NCBI RefSeq assembly: GCF_006345805.1 | Contig: NC_043000.1 | Location: forward strand, 91,698,001-91,762,000 | Length of the DNA stretch: 64,000 bases | Source: Octopus sinensis | Lineage: Eukaryota | Direction of reading: 5' to 3' | Shown: piece after piece, positions 1 through 12,699 of the stretch | Position numbering within the stretch: position 1 is the first letter of the stretch | Layout of the letters: each line of letters starts with the position of its first letter | Made by a program: the position numbers and the translations under genes | The notes under the pieces: generated by a model | What the model was told of the DNA's origin: nothing | The model's database searches: none | What the model saw: the letters and a program-made list of their open reading frames with translations, nothing else

Positions 1-392
1 GCACATGACCTTGCAGGTGGGGCCCAGTTAGAATTTTCTCCTGGTCGAGTAGCCCATCCCGCTCAAAAGGTCCCTGAATAAGGGTTGTTTAAGGATGTTG
101 AAAGAACCACCCATGTTTCCAGAGGTGAATTATTCAAACCCCAAAGAATCCGTCTCAACACATGGCTATGATGCTCCCCCACTACTTCTGCTCGTGATCA
201 GAGATGCACATTTCGTCAGCCACTAAGGGACATGCTCAACTGGTTAAGGTCAAACAACTGACAAGCAAATCTGTGGTATTGAGCAGAATATTTTCTGTAG
301 CCCATCTTTTATACCAAGACAAAACAATGTACATGATAACACTTCCAATCAGTTAAGATCAGAAGCCATGAGAGCCAGTCTGGTACTGCATC
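1..392 (-). mobile_element. Family A ~555-bp interspersed element, 5' part, cut by window edge
   Basis: Reverse complement of the copies at 5528-6080 and 7155-7710; abuts a (TAT)n tract. Confidence 0.85.
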
Positions 393-414
393 TATTATTA
401 TTATATTATTATTA

Positions 415-465
<51 letters not shown>
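393..465. repeat. (TAT)n microsatellite
   Basis: Direct reading. Confidence 0.95.
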
Positions 466-467
<2 letters not shown>

Positions 468-589
468 TTTCCCTTGTCTCTATATTTTCTATCTGCGTGT
501 GATGTGATACAGACAATTGTATTTACTGATATTTCAAGTTCGTGGTTTCATTACGCATAAAAAACAATCTATTTTTTTTTTTGCAGGAA

Positions 590-1011
590 ATGATGTTGGT
601 CGAACACCTAGTGGTGGTGATGGTGATGGTGGTACTGAGAATGGTGGTGTTGGTAGTGAGGTTGGTATTAGGGATATTTTGCTAGTGTGATGATGATGAT
701 CATGATCATGATCATGACGACGATGACGATGATGATCATGAAGGTATGATGATGATGGTGATGCTGAGCATAATGCTTCATGATGATGGTGATGATGAGG
801 ATGGTAGTACATTTTAGAGGCAATGATTGTACTTCTGGTGATGATTGATGTCGTTCTGGTTGCATGGTGACGTTGATGGTAGTGTTGGTAGTGGTGGTGG
901 TAATGACGGTGGTGGTGGTCTAGGTGGTAGTGGAGTTGGTGGTAATGGTGTTAGCGATGGCATAGTGAAAGAACTCTGGGATGTTTTGGTGGTAGAAGAG
1001 ATGTACAGTGT

Positions 1012-1070
<59 letters not shown>

Positions 1071-1125
1071 TCAATGGTGTTGATGCTTGTGACGTGGTGT
1101 TGTTGACGGTGGTGGTGGCGGTGGA
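590..1125. repeat. Compound GGT/GAT/AGT low-complexity region with pure (AGT)n at ~1012-1069
   Basis: Direct reading; explains the poly-H/L/S ORFs. Confidence 0.9.
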
Positions 1126-1775
1126 AAAGCTGTTTACTTGACTTGCTAGTTGTTGACCTGGAAAGACAGAAACTTCCGTTAGTGTCAAGCAGTTCCTGGT
1201 CTCTGACTGACCGAACTCGCTATGAATCATTCTAATGATTTCTCTCTAACTTAATATCGTCTCTTAATGTTGATTAAAACAAAACAACAACAGCAACAAC
1301 AACAACAGTAACAAAACAATAACAACAAAAACAAAAACAATAATAATAATAAAAATAATAATAATGATTTCTTTTATGGGCCACAAGGGCCCAAGACATG
1401 GACGACAATGTCGAAGGACGAGTAACACCATACACACACGCACACACAAAAAACACAAAACAAAATTACAAAAACATGTGGGGTTAAACTCGATCAAAGG
1501 GCGATACTACTACTTTAAAAGATATAACAGAGGATATATAATAGAAAGTAGATAAATAAATAAATAAAAATAATCCTCAATAGCGGGTCAATCCACTTAG
1601 AGTAATCCGAGATAAATCCCACAAAAATCCCAGATTACCCTGCCGTCTCCAAGGCATGGAGAAAGTGCCCTCTTCCAGTATCTTTCTTCCTGCTTAGGAA
1701 AGCATATTCAGAGTAGATCCATTCAACCTTACCAGTTTTGCAACTGTCGACCACCTTTCGATAAACACGTTAGAA

Positions 1776-1977
1776 CAGTGGTTTTTCAACCAGGGTTCCG
1801 CCAGTACTGTCCAGGGGTTCCGCAAGAAGTTACAAAACTGCTAAAATCGGCAGTAATTTTTAATTCTCCTGTGCATTTATGTGTGCATAACATTATTAAA
1901 TTATTGCACAGGGGTTCCTCGTGCCAGTGGAATGTTTCCTTGGGGTTCCGCTCCAGCAACAAGTTTGAAAAGCACTG
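1776..1977. mobile_element. hAT (Charlie-type) MITE nested in the LINE
   Basis: TIRs cagtggtttttcaacc / gtttgaaaagcactg; 8-bp TSD cgttagaa (1768-1775) / cattagaa (1978-1985). Confidence 0.85.
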
Positions 1978-2348
1978 CATTAGAAGGTAGCACTTCATTC
2001 TCTACTCTCAGCTTCACCTTCAAATGATATTTGAAGAAATTGAAGAGGGCTTGGCTAGATAGGAAAGTGCCTACTTTCAAACCTTTCAGACAGGTCTACC
2101 ACACAGCCTCTTTTGCCAGAGTCACTAAGCGGAGAAAGATCTGCCTTCCTTCTCTACTAAGGGAAGGCAGTACGTCAATCTTCAGTATACACTCGACAGA
2201 CAGCTGAATTCGTCTTACACACGACAACAGCTGCTTGACACAATCCCACAACTCTCTAATGCACGGACACTGAATTACTGCATACACGACGGTTTCACCC
2301 CCCTGCAAACACCTCGGGGAGGTTCGGCTGTTAGAACTTCCATGCCTG

Positions 2349-2653
2349 TGTGCAGGCACATGGCCTAGTGGTTAGAGCAGCGGACTCGCGGTGGAGGGAT
2401 CGCGGGTTTGAATCTCAGACCGGGCGATGTGTGTGTTTATGAGCGAAACACCTAAGCTCCACGCGGCTCCGGCAGAAGGTAATGGCGAACGTCTGCTGAC
2501 TTCTTCTCCACAACTTTCTCACACTCTTTCCTCCTGCATCTTGCAGCTCACCTGTGACGGACCGGTGTCCCGTCCAGGTGGGGAAACTATAAGCTACGGA
2601 AACCGGCCCTTATGAGCCATGCATGGCTCGAGACAGAACAAACAAAAAAGCAG
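2349..2653 (+). mobile_element. tRNA-derived SINE (family C) nested in LINE ORF2
   Basis: A box tggcctagtgg, B-box-like ggtttgaatc, A-rich tail; 11-bp TSD ttccatgcctg at 2338-2348 and 2654-2664. Confidence 0.85.
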
Positions 2654-4412
2654 TTCCATGCCTGAAAAGCTTGTCTCGAACGGGCAATGCCCCTCTGTAG
2701 CACTGCCATGCAAAAGACTTTTGGAAATTGTTCATAATCTTCGACTGTTGGTTTGGGGTGTTTCCAACAGTAAATCACCAAGAATTCTCTTGGTGTTATT
2801 TCCTTGAAAATCTCCGGTTTTCTGCGGGAATTGGGCTTTTAAGTGTATGTGTTTTGTATTGTTTGAATGATTTGTATGCGTCCAGGTATGGGAACCATAA
2901 TATCTTTCACTAATTAGCGGGACGTTCTCAGGAAGGTTTCCAGACGTCTGAAGAAACCATAATATCTTCGGACGCTGAGAAGTGTTTGGGGAAACTTGGT
3001 GTCTGTATGATTGTTGGTGTTGGTGGTGCCACGGATGAATCTGCTGAAGGTCATGATGCTCCTGCTGTTGTCGCTGGACTTCTGGTGGCCGTTGGTGGTG
3101 TAGGATGGAGAGGTTCCCGACTCTCTTTTCCTTCAGTCTCGGGCAGAAGGCTTTTAAATGATTAGCTGAAAAGCAAATGTGGCACTTTGCTTTCCTTCCA
3201 TCTACTGGAATTATGCTGTCCACCCACCCCAGGAAGAAGGATCTGGTCCAGGATGAGATCTACGTTCTTTTGTGTCATTTGTATGAGATGTTCTATGGTC
3301 ATCCCGGACCAGTTCTCCTTTTTGATCTGATAGGCTTCGAGGATTTTCGAATTTTCCCCGCTACATAGTGTCACTGCAGCAAATAGCCAAGGAATGTCTA
3401 TTTCTGGTGGCATCTGTTGAATGATGATTTTGGACAGTCTCTAACCGCAGGTGAAAGGAACCAACAACAACTCCTTGCTTTTGAAGGGATTCAGAGAGTG
3501 GAATTTGGCTTCGTCTTTGGTGCGGAATCTATTGCCCATCTTGCCATAACCTCTTCCTCTTTTTGTACACTCCTTTAGATTCCAAACGGGACCTAAAGAT
3601 TTTGGTATTTGAGCCTTTGTAGCTCTTTCCACCCGCCTTGATTTTAAACCGATTTTACGGTACGTCATTGTGCGATGTATCGTATCCTGGATTTTCTCAG
3701 TTGGAATATTTAGCTTTACAGCTATTCTGTCTCTCTCGACTTGCTGTCAGGCATTTTTAAGTTCCTCTTCAGAGAATTGTATTCTCTGAAGAGATGACTA
3801 GGCTGCTCCAGCGAAAGAAAGTTTAGAAGAGTTATTCCAAGCCGTTGCATAGTTTTGTTTCTCAGTTGCTTTGTTCTTTTTATCCTTGTTGTTGCTTTTG
3901 TTGCTGCCGTTGTTTTTGTCACCTTTTCTAATGTTGTTGTTGTAGTTATTGATGGTGTAGCTGATGTTGTTGTTGCTGTTGTTATTGTTGCTGTCGTTGT
4001 TATTGCTGTTGCTGGCATTGTTCTTACTTGTACTCGCATCGTATGTATGCTTCGCTCTCGAAATGGCTCTCATTGATTACATATTCAAAATAGCTGTTTT
4101 TATTTCGAACAATGTTGTCGAAACCGGAGCCGTTGTTTTTCCGAAGTTCTTCTAAGAGATCTTTCTAGAAAAAATTTGGCCCTGCTGTCTTTTTTTCCTT
4201 TCTTTCAACAAAAAATACGGTCGTCGTTTCGTTTTCTTAGCATTAATTCGCCTTTTAGTGCTAATTCGTTTACCACATTCGCACTCTCTCTCTAATTGAC
4301 ATTTAGTGGCACTCCTTACTCTCTTTCCCTCTCTCACATATGAGCGTCACTGTGTTTTGTTGTGTTTTCGTCATGTTAGTGGGAAAAACGCAAACAACTG
4401 TGATTGTAAAAG

Positions 4413-4952
4413 GCTCTGATGCAACACCAGGCACTGGTTCTCATGGCTTTTGATCTTAACTGATGGAAAGTGTTATCATGTACGTTTCGTCTTGGTATAA
4501 AAGATGGACTACAGCAAGTAATCTGCTCAATACCATAGATTTGCTTAATCAGTTGTTTGACCATAACGAGTTTTAGCAAGTCAATTTATGGCTGACGATA
4601 TGTGCATCTCTGATCACGAGCAGTAGTTTGGGAGCATCACAGCCATATGTTGAGAAGACTTTTTTAGGGTTTGAATAATTCTGGAAACATGGGTGTTTTG
4701 TTCACATCTTTAAAAACATTTATTCAAGGACCTTTTGAGAGAAATGGGCTACTCGAACTGACGAAAATTCTGACTGGGCCTCATTTGCAAGGTCATGCGC
4801 TGTTAATTTTGATAGGAAATCACCATGTCGCGCGCATATGGTTGTGATGCATGTGCACGGTGTACCCTTATCAGACGGGTAGTCATGATGCGTATACTGG
4901 GCTTCGTATATTTGAATCCCAGTATCGCTTTGATGGCATGCGTTGCTCCCCC
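4413..4952 (+). mobile_element. Family A element, diverged copy
   Basis: Colinear with 5528-6080. Confidence 0.8.
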
Positions 4953-4974
4953 ATAATATTAATAATAATAATCT

Positions 4975-5398
4975 TTTCTATAATAGGCACAAGGCCTGAA
5001 ATTCAGGAGGCGGGGACTAGTCGATTACATCGACCCGTGTTTCAGTGGTACTTAATTTATCGACCTCGAAAGGATAAAAGGTGAAGTCGACCTTGGCGGA
5101 ATTTGAACTCAGAACGAAGCTACGGGCGAAATATCGCCTGTAGCTATGTTCTGTCAGCTTACCGCCTTGATAATAATGATAATCCTTTCTTCTATAGCCA
5201 CAAGGCCTGGATTTCGTGGGGAGGAGGATTGTCGATTACACTGACCCCAGTGTTTCACTGGTACTTAATTTATCGACCTCGAAACGATGAAAGGCAAAGT
5301 CAACCTTGGCGGAATTTGAACTCAGAACGTAAGGACGGGCGAAATGCCGCTAAGCGTTTTGTCCAGAGTGCTAACGATTTTACCTATTCGCAGCCTTA
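4975..5398 (-). mobile_element. Two tandem tRNA-derived SINE family B copies (4975-5168, 5183-5398)
   Basis: Reverse complements match the family B pattern (gagttcaaattccgcc B box, cctttcatcctttcggggtcgataaattaagtacca core). Confidence 0.8.
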
Positions 5399-5400
5399 CC

Positions 5401-5441
<41 letters not shown>

Positions 5442-5527
5442 TAATAATAATAATATATAATAATAATAATAATAATATAATAATAATGATAATAATAATA
5501 ATAATAATAATAATATGATGCAGTACC

Positions 5528-6080
5528 ATGCCCTGATGCAGTACCAGGCAGTGGCTCTCATGGCTCTGATCTTAACTGATTGGAAGTGTTATCATGTACA
5601 TTGTTTTGTCTTGGTATAAAAGATGGGCTACAGCAAATATTCTGCTCAATACACAGATTTGCTTGTCAGTTGTTTGACCTTAACCAGTTGAGCATGTCCC
5701 TTAGTGGCTGACGATATGTGCATCTCTGATCACGAGCAGAAGTAGTGGGGGAGCATCATAGCCATGTGTTGAGAGGGATTCTTTGGGGTTTGAATAGTTC
5801 ACCTCTGGAAACATGGGTGGTTCTTTCAACATCCTTAAGCAACCCTTATTCAGGGACCGTTTGAGCGGGATGGGCTACTCAACCTGAAGAAAATTCTAAC
5901 TGGGCCCCACCTGCAAGGTCATGTGCTGTTTATCTTGATATGAGATCACCATGTCGCACACATATGGTTGTGATGCATGTGCCTGGTGTACCTTATCAGA
6001 CGGGTAGTCATGATGGGTATATTGGGCTTCGTATATTTTACCCCAGTGTCACTTTGATGGCATGAACTGCTCTCTCACTC
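5528..6080 (+). mobile_element. Family A element
   Basis: atgccctgatgcagtacc ... ctctctcactc, flanked on both sides by (AAT)n. Confidence 0.9.
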
Positions 6081-6127
<47 letters not shown>

Positions 6128-6142
6128 TGATGATGATGATAA

Positions 6143-6684
6143 ATGCCCTGATGCCGTACCAGGCAGTGGCCCTCATGGCTTCTGATCTTAACTGATTGGA
6201 AATGTTATCATGTACATTGTTTTGTCTTGGTATTAAATATGGGCTACAGCAAATATTCTGCTCAATACCACAGATTTGCTTGTTAGTTGTTTGACCTTAA
6301 CTAGTTGACCATGTCCTTTAGTGGCTGAAGATATGTGCATCTCTGATCACAAGCAGAAGTAGTGGGGGAGCATCATAGCCGTGTGTTGAAAGGAATTCTT
6401 AGAGGTTTAGATAATTCACCTTTGGAAACATGGTTGGTTCGTTCAATATCTTTAAACAACCCTTATTCAGGGATCTTTTGAGCGGGATGGGCTACTCGAC
6501 CAGAAGAAAATTCTAACTGGGCTCCACCTGCAAGGTCATGTGCTGTTTATCTTGATATGAGATCACCATGTCGCGCACATATGGTTGTGATGCATGTGCC
6601 TAGACGGGTAGTCATGATGGGTATACTGGACTTCGATTATTTTACCTCAGTGTCACTTTGATGGCATGCACTGCTCTCTCATTC
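6143..6684 (+). mobile_element. Family A element
   Basis: Same ends; followed by (AAT)n. Confidence 0.9.
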
Positions 6685-6721
<37 letters not shown>

Positions 6722-6759
6722 TAATAATAATAATAACAATAATAATAACAATAATAATA

Positions 6760-6808
<49 letters not shown>

Positions 6809-6918
6809 TTTTACAAATTTTGGTATAAGACCATTAATTTTAAAGTAGGATGTTAGTCGATTACACTAACCGTAGTACTTAACTGGTACTTTGATTTATC
6901 GAACCAGTAATGGCGAAG

Positions 6919-6981
<63 letters not shown>

Positions 6982-6987
6982 GCGAAG

Positions 6988-7024
<37 letters not shown>

Positions 7025-7710
7025 ATGCTCTGATGCAGTACCAGGCAGTGGCTCTCATAGCTTCTGATCTTAACTGATTGGAAGTGTTATCATGTACATT
7101 GTTTTGTCTTGGTATAAAAGATGGGCTACAGCAAATATTCTGCTCAATACCACAATGCCCTGATGCAGTACCAGGCAGTGGCTCTCATGGCTTCTGATCT
7201 TAACTGATTGGAAATGTTATCATGTACATTGTTTTGTCTTGGTATAAAAGATGGGCTACAGCAAATATTCTGCTCAATACCACAGATTTGCTTGTCAGTT
7301 GTTTGACCTTAACCAGTTGAGCATGTCCCTTAGTGGCTGACGAAATGTGCATCTCTGATCACGAGCAGAAGTAGTGGGGGAGCATCATGGCCATGTGTTG
7401 GGGGGGATTCTTTGGGGTTTGAATAATTCACCTCTGGAAACATGGGTGGCTCTTTCAACATCCTTAAACAACCCTTATTCAGAGACCTTTTGAGCGGGAT
7501 GGGCTACTCAACCTGAAGAAAATTCTAACTGGGCCCCACCTGCAAGGTCATGTGCTGTTTATCTTGATATGAGATCACCATGTCGCGCACATATGGTTGT
7601 GATGCATGTGCCTGGTGTACCTTTATCAGACGGGTAGTCATGATGGGTATACTGGACTTCGAATATTTTACCCCAGTGTCACTTCGATGGCATGCACTGC
7701 CCTCTCATTC
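7025..7710 (+). mobile_element. Family A: 130-bp 5' fragment (7025-7154) fused to a full copy (7155-7710)
   Basis: Sequence restarts at atgccctgatgcag at 7155. Confidence 0.85.
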
Positions 7711-7723
7711 AATAATAATAATG

Positions 7724-7763
<40 letters not shown>

Positions 7764-7945
7764 TAATATAATGATAATAATAAATAATAATAATAATAGT
7801 AATAATAATAATTTTTACAAATTTTGGTATAAGACCATCAAATTTTAAAGGCAGGATGTTAGTCGATTACACCAATCGTAGTACTTAACTGGTACTTTGT
7901 TTTATCGAACCCGGCAATGGCGAAAATAATAATAATAATAATATA

Positions 7946-7995
<50 letters not shown>

Positions 7996-9081
7996 TAATA
8001 ATAACAAAGACGACGACGATGATGACAGGGATGATGATGAATGCGATGATGAGGGGGTGTTGATGACGATGATGGTGATGATTTATTTTAGTAATCTAAC
8101 AAAAGAGAAACGCGAATAACTATCGTGCAAATAAATAGTTGAACATAGAAAAAATAAAAGAAAAAAAGAAATTATAACAATCACACACACATACACACAA
8201 ACCTGATGAAATAATACACACACAAAAAAACAAAACGAAAAGGAAGAGTTCAGTGCATGAGTAACTAATTCGCACCTTTGCAGTTGTTTTCTTTACTCTT
8301 TTTTTTTTTTTCCTTTTCTTGACATTTGACATGATGACCTCATAACTATTAAACTTTTAGCCTTCCATTGCGAGCTGAATCAAATAAAATAGCAGCTACA
8401 TTAACAACAACAGCAATAATAATAATAACAATAATAATAATAATAATAATAATAATATAATAATAATAATAATAATAATAATAAGGTATAAATTCAGCCG
8501 CCACAGTAACAGCAACAACAACAACAATAATAACAACACAGGCTTAAGCAGTAAAGACAACAGTAGCTCCTAACAAATTGTCTCGGTTTCTCAGAAACCC
8601 TGTTGATTTCATATTGTTTCTCCACTCTTACACACACACACACACCACACACACCGCATATGCACTAAAACCCCTCTTGGTGTACTTACCCCTATATGTT
8701 ATCATTTATCATTAATACCGCGTCACACCGACCTTGTAGCCTTTTTTTTTTTATTAAATACTTCCTGGAAACCACAATCCCTTTTGTCTCCCAAGATCCG
8801 CCAGCTTCTTTGAAAATTCGCCTGTTACAATATTCATTGCGAGCTGGCAGGATCGTTAGCTCGCCGGGCAAAATGCCATGTGGTTTCCTGCTGTTGTTTT
8901 CTTGTTTGATCGATGTCAACTCCAGCTGTTGTGACTTGTATTTCGTCCTTTGGTATTGTCCTCAATGTGTCGGGCCCTGATAGCTAGTGAAATCATCATC
9001 ATCATCATCATCATCATTATTGTTGTTATTATTATTATTATTATTATCATTATTGTTGTTGTCGTTGTTATCATTATTATT

Positions 9082-9290
9082 AAAGGCAGCGACCTGGCAA
9101 AATCGTTAGCACGTCTGGTGAAATGCTTAGCTGCATTTCGTCCGTCTTTACATTCTGAGTTCAAATTCAGTGGAGGTCGACCTTGCCTTTCATCCTTTCG
9201 GGAGTTGATAAATTAAGTACCAGTGAAACACTGGGATCGATGTAATCGACTAGTTCCCTTCCCCAAAAAATTTCAAGCCTTGTGCCTTTT
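9082..9290 (+). mobile_element. SINE family B, full length
   Basis: A box tggcaaaatcgtt, B box gagttcaaattc, central core, tail ccttgtgcct. Confidence 0.85.
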
Positions 9291-9974
9291 AATTATATTC
9301 TTGCTTGTTTTTACTTGCATGTGATGTGATACAGACAAATCTGATTCCAAATCACGCCTAGGCTATCTTTCATTGCCTTTCATCTTTTCATGGTCGATAA
9401 AATAAAGTACCAGTGAAATAATGAAGATGATATCATCGTCTTATCCCTGCTCTTAGAATTGCTTGGCTTGTGCCAAAATCAGTAACTATTCATTAATCTT
9501 CCAGCTGCTATAGTTTGCGACAAACCAATTCTTCAGATTCAGCATTTCTTGTTAAAGCTTTGATCAGGAAACTCACTGTGTGACCCAGTGGAAGCTCTGA
9601 TGGTAATCATAAAATTATCCATAAACCGTTAGCTTCACGAAGACATCACTATCATTTGCCTAACTTCCCTAGTTCACAAACCAATGGCTGCGGAGTGAAC
9701 TACGATAGGTTTTTCTGTTGCATCTTGTATTAATCCTCAATGTGAGTTCGAAATGTTTGGACATCAGCCTGTCTCAAAGCTTTGACAATATGATGAAAAC
9801 GTCACCAACAAAGGAAGTTCTATTTGGTGTTTTGTTCGATCTACAAAAAATAGCAGTTAAAAGAAGGGATTCGTCGATTATATTGACTTCAGTGTTTAAA
9901 TGGTATGTATTTTATCGACCCTGAAAAGATAAAAGGCAAGGTCGGCCTGGGCAGAATTTTGAACTTCGGAGTCG

Positions 9975-10425
9975 GTAAATTAAGTACCAGTTCAATGTAA
10001 TCGACTAAATCCGTTTGTCTGTCCTTGTTTGTCCCTCTGTGTTTAGCCCCTTGTGGGTAGTAAAGAAATAGGTATTTCGTCTGCCGCTACGTTCTGAGTT
10101 TAAATTCCGCCGAGGTCGAATTTGCCTTTAATCCTTTCGGGGTCGATTAAATAAGTACCAGTTATGCACTGGAGTCGATATAATTGACTTAATCCGTGTG
10201 TCTGTCCTTGTTTGTCCTCTCTGTGTTTAGCCCCTTGTGGGTAGTAAAGAAATAGGTATTTCGTCTGTCTTCATGTTCTGGGTTAAAATGCCACCGGGGT
10301 CGACTTTGTCTTTCATCCTTTCGGGGAGGGTATAATAAGTACCAGTTGAGCACTGGGGTCGATGTAATCGACTTACTCCCTCCCGCCAAATTTCAGGCCT
10401 TGTGCCTACAGCAGAAAAGATTATG
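9975..10425 (+). mobile_element. Head-to-tail multimer of SINE family B with alternative tail
   Basis: Junction gccccttgtgggtagtaaagaaata|ggtatttcgtctg occurs twice, ~185 bp apart. Confidence 0.8.
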
Positions 10426-11129
10426 ATATTCACACTAGGAAGAATCTGAGTGTCGCAGGTTCGAGTCCCTCTGCAGGCGTGTTTAATTTATAAATCATAT
10501 GCACATATTTTTAGAATAGGTAGGATTTATATATAGAATAATATAGTCTTATGTGTGGGATGTCGTTGCTTATGTATTTGCTGTAAGAGTACTGACTGAC
10601 CTGGAAAGATAAAATGATAACGCGGAACATCTTTCTGACCAATGTCAACGTCGCAACCCACAACATTCAACCCACCTCTTTAAATCTCTTCAACAGCAAC
10701 AGCAGCAGCACTAGCAGCAGCAACAGCGCTTTCAACCACGCTGTCACAAACATCCTCGACTAGTCCCTACATCAATACTATCACCTATGCTTCCCCCACT
10801 TCCTGTACCGAAGTATCATTATGATTAAAATGACTGCAATACCAGGACTGATTAAATGTTCCTCGGCCCTTGATGAACTCAAATAAATAAGTAAAAAAAA
10901 AAATAAATAAAGACCTGTGGTCAATGTCCCTTACTCAGACATTCTCTAACCCAATAACATAGCCCCCGAAACAATCACTATGCACTATAATAGCTCCCTC
11001 TAACCCCGACCACATTCAAATAACCAAACAAAAATCTTACTTCTTGCCCTAATAAATGTCTTAAGGGCAATTTCGTAATTTTATCTCCAATTATGAAGTC
11101 AAAGGTGGGGGAAGTACTTCCTGTTTTGG

Positions 11130-11435
11130 CATGTTTGTTTGTTTGTGCGTGCGTGTGTGTGAATGTGTGTGTGTGCGTGTGTGTGTGGATGTGTGGAAGT
11201 GTGTCTGAATATGTGTGTATGTATGTGTGGAAGTGTGTGTGCGGAAATGTGTGTGCATGAAAGTGTGTGTGTGTGTGTGTGGAACTGTGTGTGCATGAAA
11301 GTGTATGTGTGTGTGTGTGGAACTGTGTGTGCATGAAAGTGTGTGTGTGTGTGTGTGTGTGGAAGCGCGCGTGTGCGCGGAAATGTGTGTGTATGGAAGC
11401 GTGTGCGTGTGTATGTGTGTGTCTGAATGTGTGTG
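11130..11435. repeat. (GT)n-based compound micro/minisatellite
   Basis: Repeated ggaactgtgtgtgcatgaaagtgtg units; source of poly-HT ORFs. Confidence 0.85.
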
Positions 11436-11716
11436 CGGATGGCAGTGCATGCGTTGAGGGTTGACTGAGCTAAGTAATTTAAAAGATGCTGCCATTACTA
11501 TTATTAAGAACAAAGGTGCACGCATATAATGACGACAGTAACATCATCATCATCATTATCATCATTATCATCATCACTATCATTATCATCAACAACAACA
11601 ACAATAATGGTTTCCAATTTTAGCACATGGCCGGCAATTTCGGAGGAGAGGGTAAACCCTAACCCTAACCCTATCGACCCCAGTGTTCAAATGGTATTTT
11701 TATCGAATGAAAACCT

Positions 11717-12120
11717 GCCAAGCACGAGAGCCTTTTCCGAGATTGCAGGGAGAATGGATGGCGGTAATGGCTTTTCCCATTTGAGACTGGCTGTAAGGGA
11801 TTCGTTGCCCAGTCGGTATCTAGAGGATGCTTGCAGTCATTGGAAGAGCGGAAAGCGACCGTGAGCAGGATGGGAACGGCGGCAGAAAGAGCCTCTTGCT
11901 GGTTATGGAGCAAGAGAGGAGTTAAGCTGGAAGCCTGGAGGAATGATGAGCAGTGATCTGGCTATTTCTGCTGACCAACCAACGAGAGGGCGTTACGGTT
12001 TAGGGTCGAGACATCCGTTGATCGTTGGATACCGTCTGATGGCATAACTTCCTCCTAGGCAGGGCTCCATACACTTCGGTGATTGGAAAAGAAGCACCTT
12101 CTTTTAGATCAGTAAATTTT
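11717..12120 (+). mobile_element. Hero-like (RLE-type) non-LTR retrotransposon 3' fragment, between SINE B pieces
   Basis: Translates AKHESLFRDCRENGWR*WLFPFETGCKGFVAQS...MGTAAERASCWLWSKR, stop at 11954-11956; resembles the Hero-clade C-terminus. Confidence 0.7.
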
Positions 12121-12699
12121 AGAGTGAGGATGCTAGACATTGCATCAACCTCAGACCTTGACTGATACTTTATTTCATAGACTCCGAGGAGATGAAAAGT
12201 AAAGTTGATCGCAATGAGTTTTGAACTCAGATGATAAAGAGCCGGAAGAAATGCTGCTATCATTTTTACTTGTCACACTAAGGAGTCTGCCTGCTCGTTC
12301 AGCCACGAGTTCTAGAAGATACAAAAAAAAATTATGAAACTTTCACTAGGGGTTACAAAGAAAGAATGGATAATATTGTGTGTGAAGTAAAACGTTTATA
12401 AACTATGAAGTAAGTCGTAAGTTCTTATACAAAATATGAAAGGGCGTAGTAAAAATCTTAACGGTACCTATACACACACGTGCATAACCACCATATTTAT
12501 GTACATGCACTCATATTTGCATAGATATATACCTGTACATATATACATGCCCGCACATGAATGTAAATATACACGCATATATGCATGCGCTATGTGGGCG
12601 TAAACACATAATAGCTTGGAAATAAATAAAATATTTGCAAGAAAAGAATAATTGAAATAAGATATAATTTAAATGAAATAATACATGGTTAGGATCATT

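Larger units (their letters stand above)
1367..4350 (-). mobile_element. Tx1/L1-clade-like LINE, internally deleted (ORF1 plus ORF2 C-terminus only)
   Basis: Broken ORF1 at ~2750-3830 with zinc knuckle CHICFSANHLKAFC. ORF2 zf-RVT-like end AWQCYRGALPVRDKLFRHG..PRCLQGGETVVYAVIQCP..AKEAVW at ~1700-2735. 3' end gcccttgtggcccataaaagaaat followed by (ATT)n. No EN/RT between the two parts. Confidence 0.75.

Noticed and set aside
5400-8000. Repeat-spacer appearance resembling CRISPR
   Set aside because: Units are ~550-bp retroposon copies separated by microsatellite; eukaryotic context, no cas genes
8200-8245. CTGATGA...CGAAA hammerhead candidate (also ctgatgag near 38902 and ctgaaga near 42216)
   Set aside because: No complementary stems I/II
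8690-9850. Possible RLE-LINE C-terminus (8750-8985) and DTDV/TGCDT-like transposase relic (9560-9660) on the minus strand
   Set aside because: Matches need several frameshifts; not supportable by eye
10436-10480. tRNA-like T-arm gcaggttcgagtccc
   Set aside because: No 5' half or acceptor stem; at most a SINE/tRNA fragment
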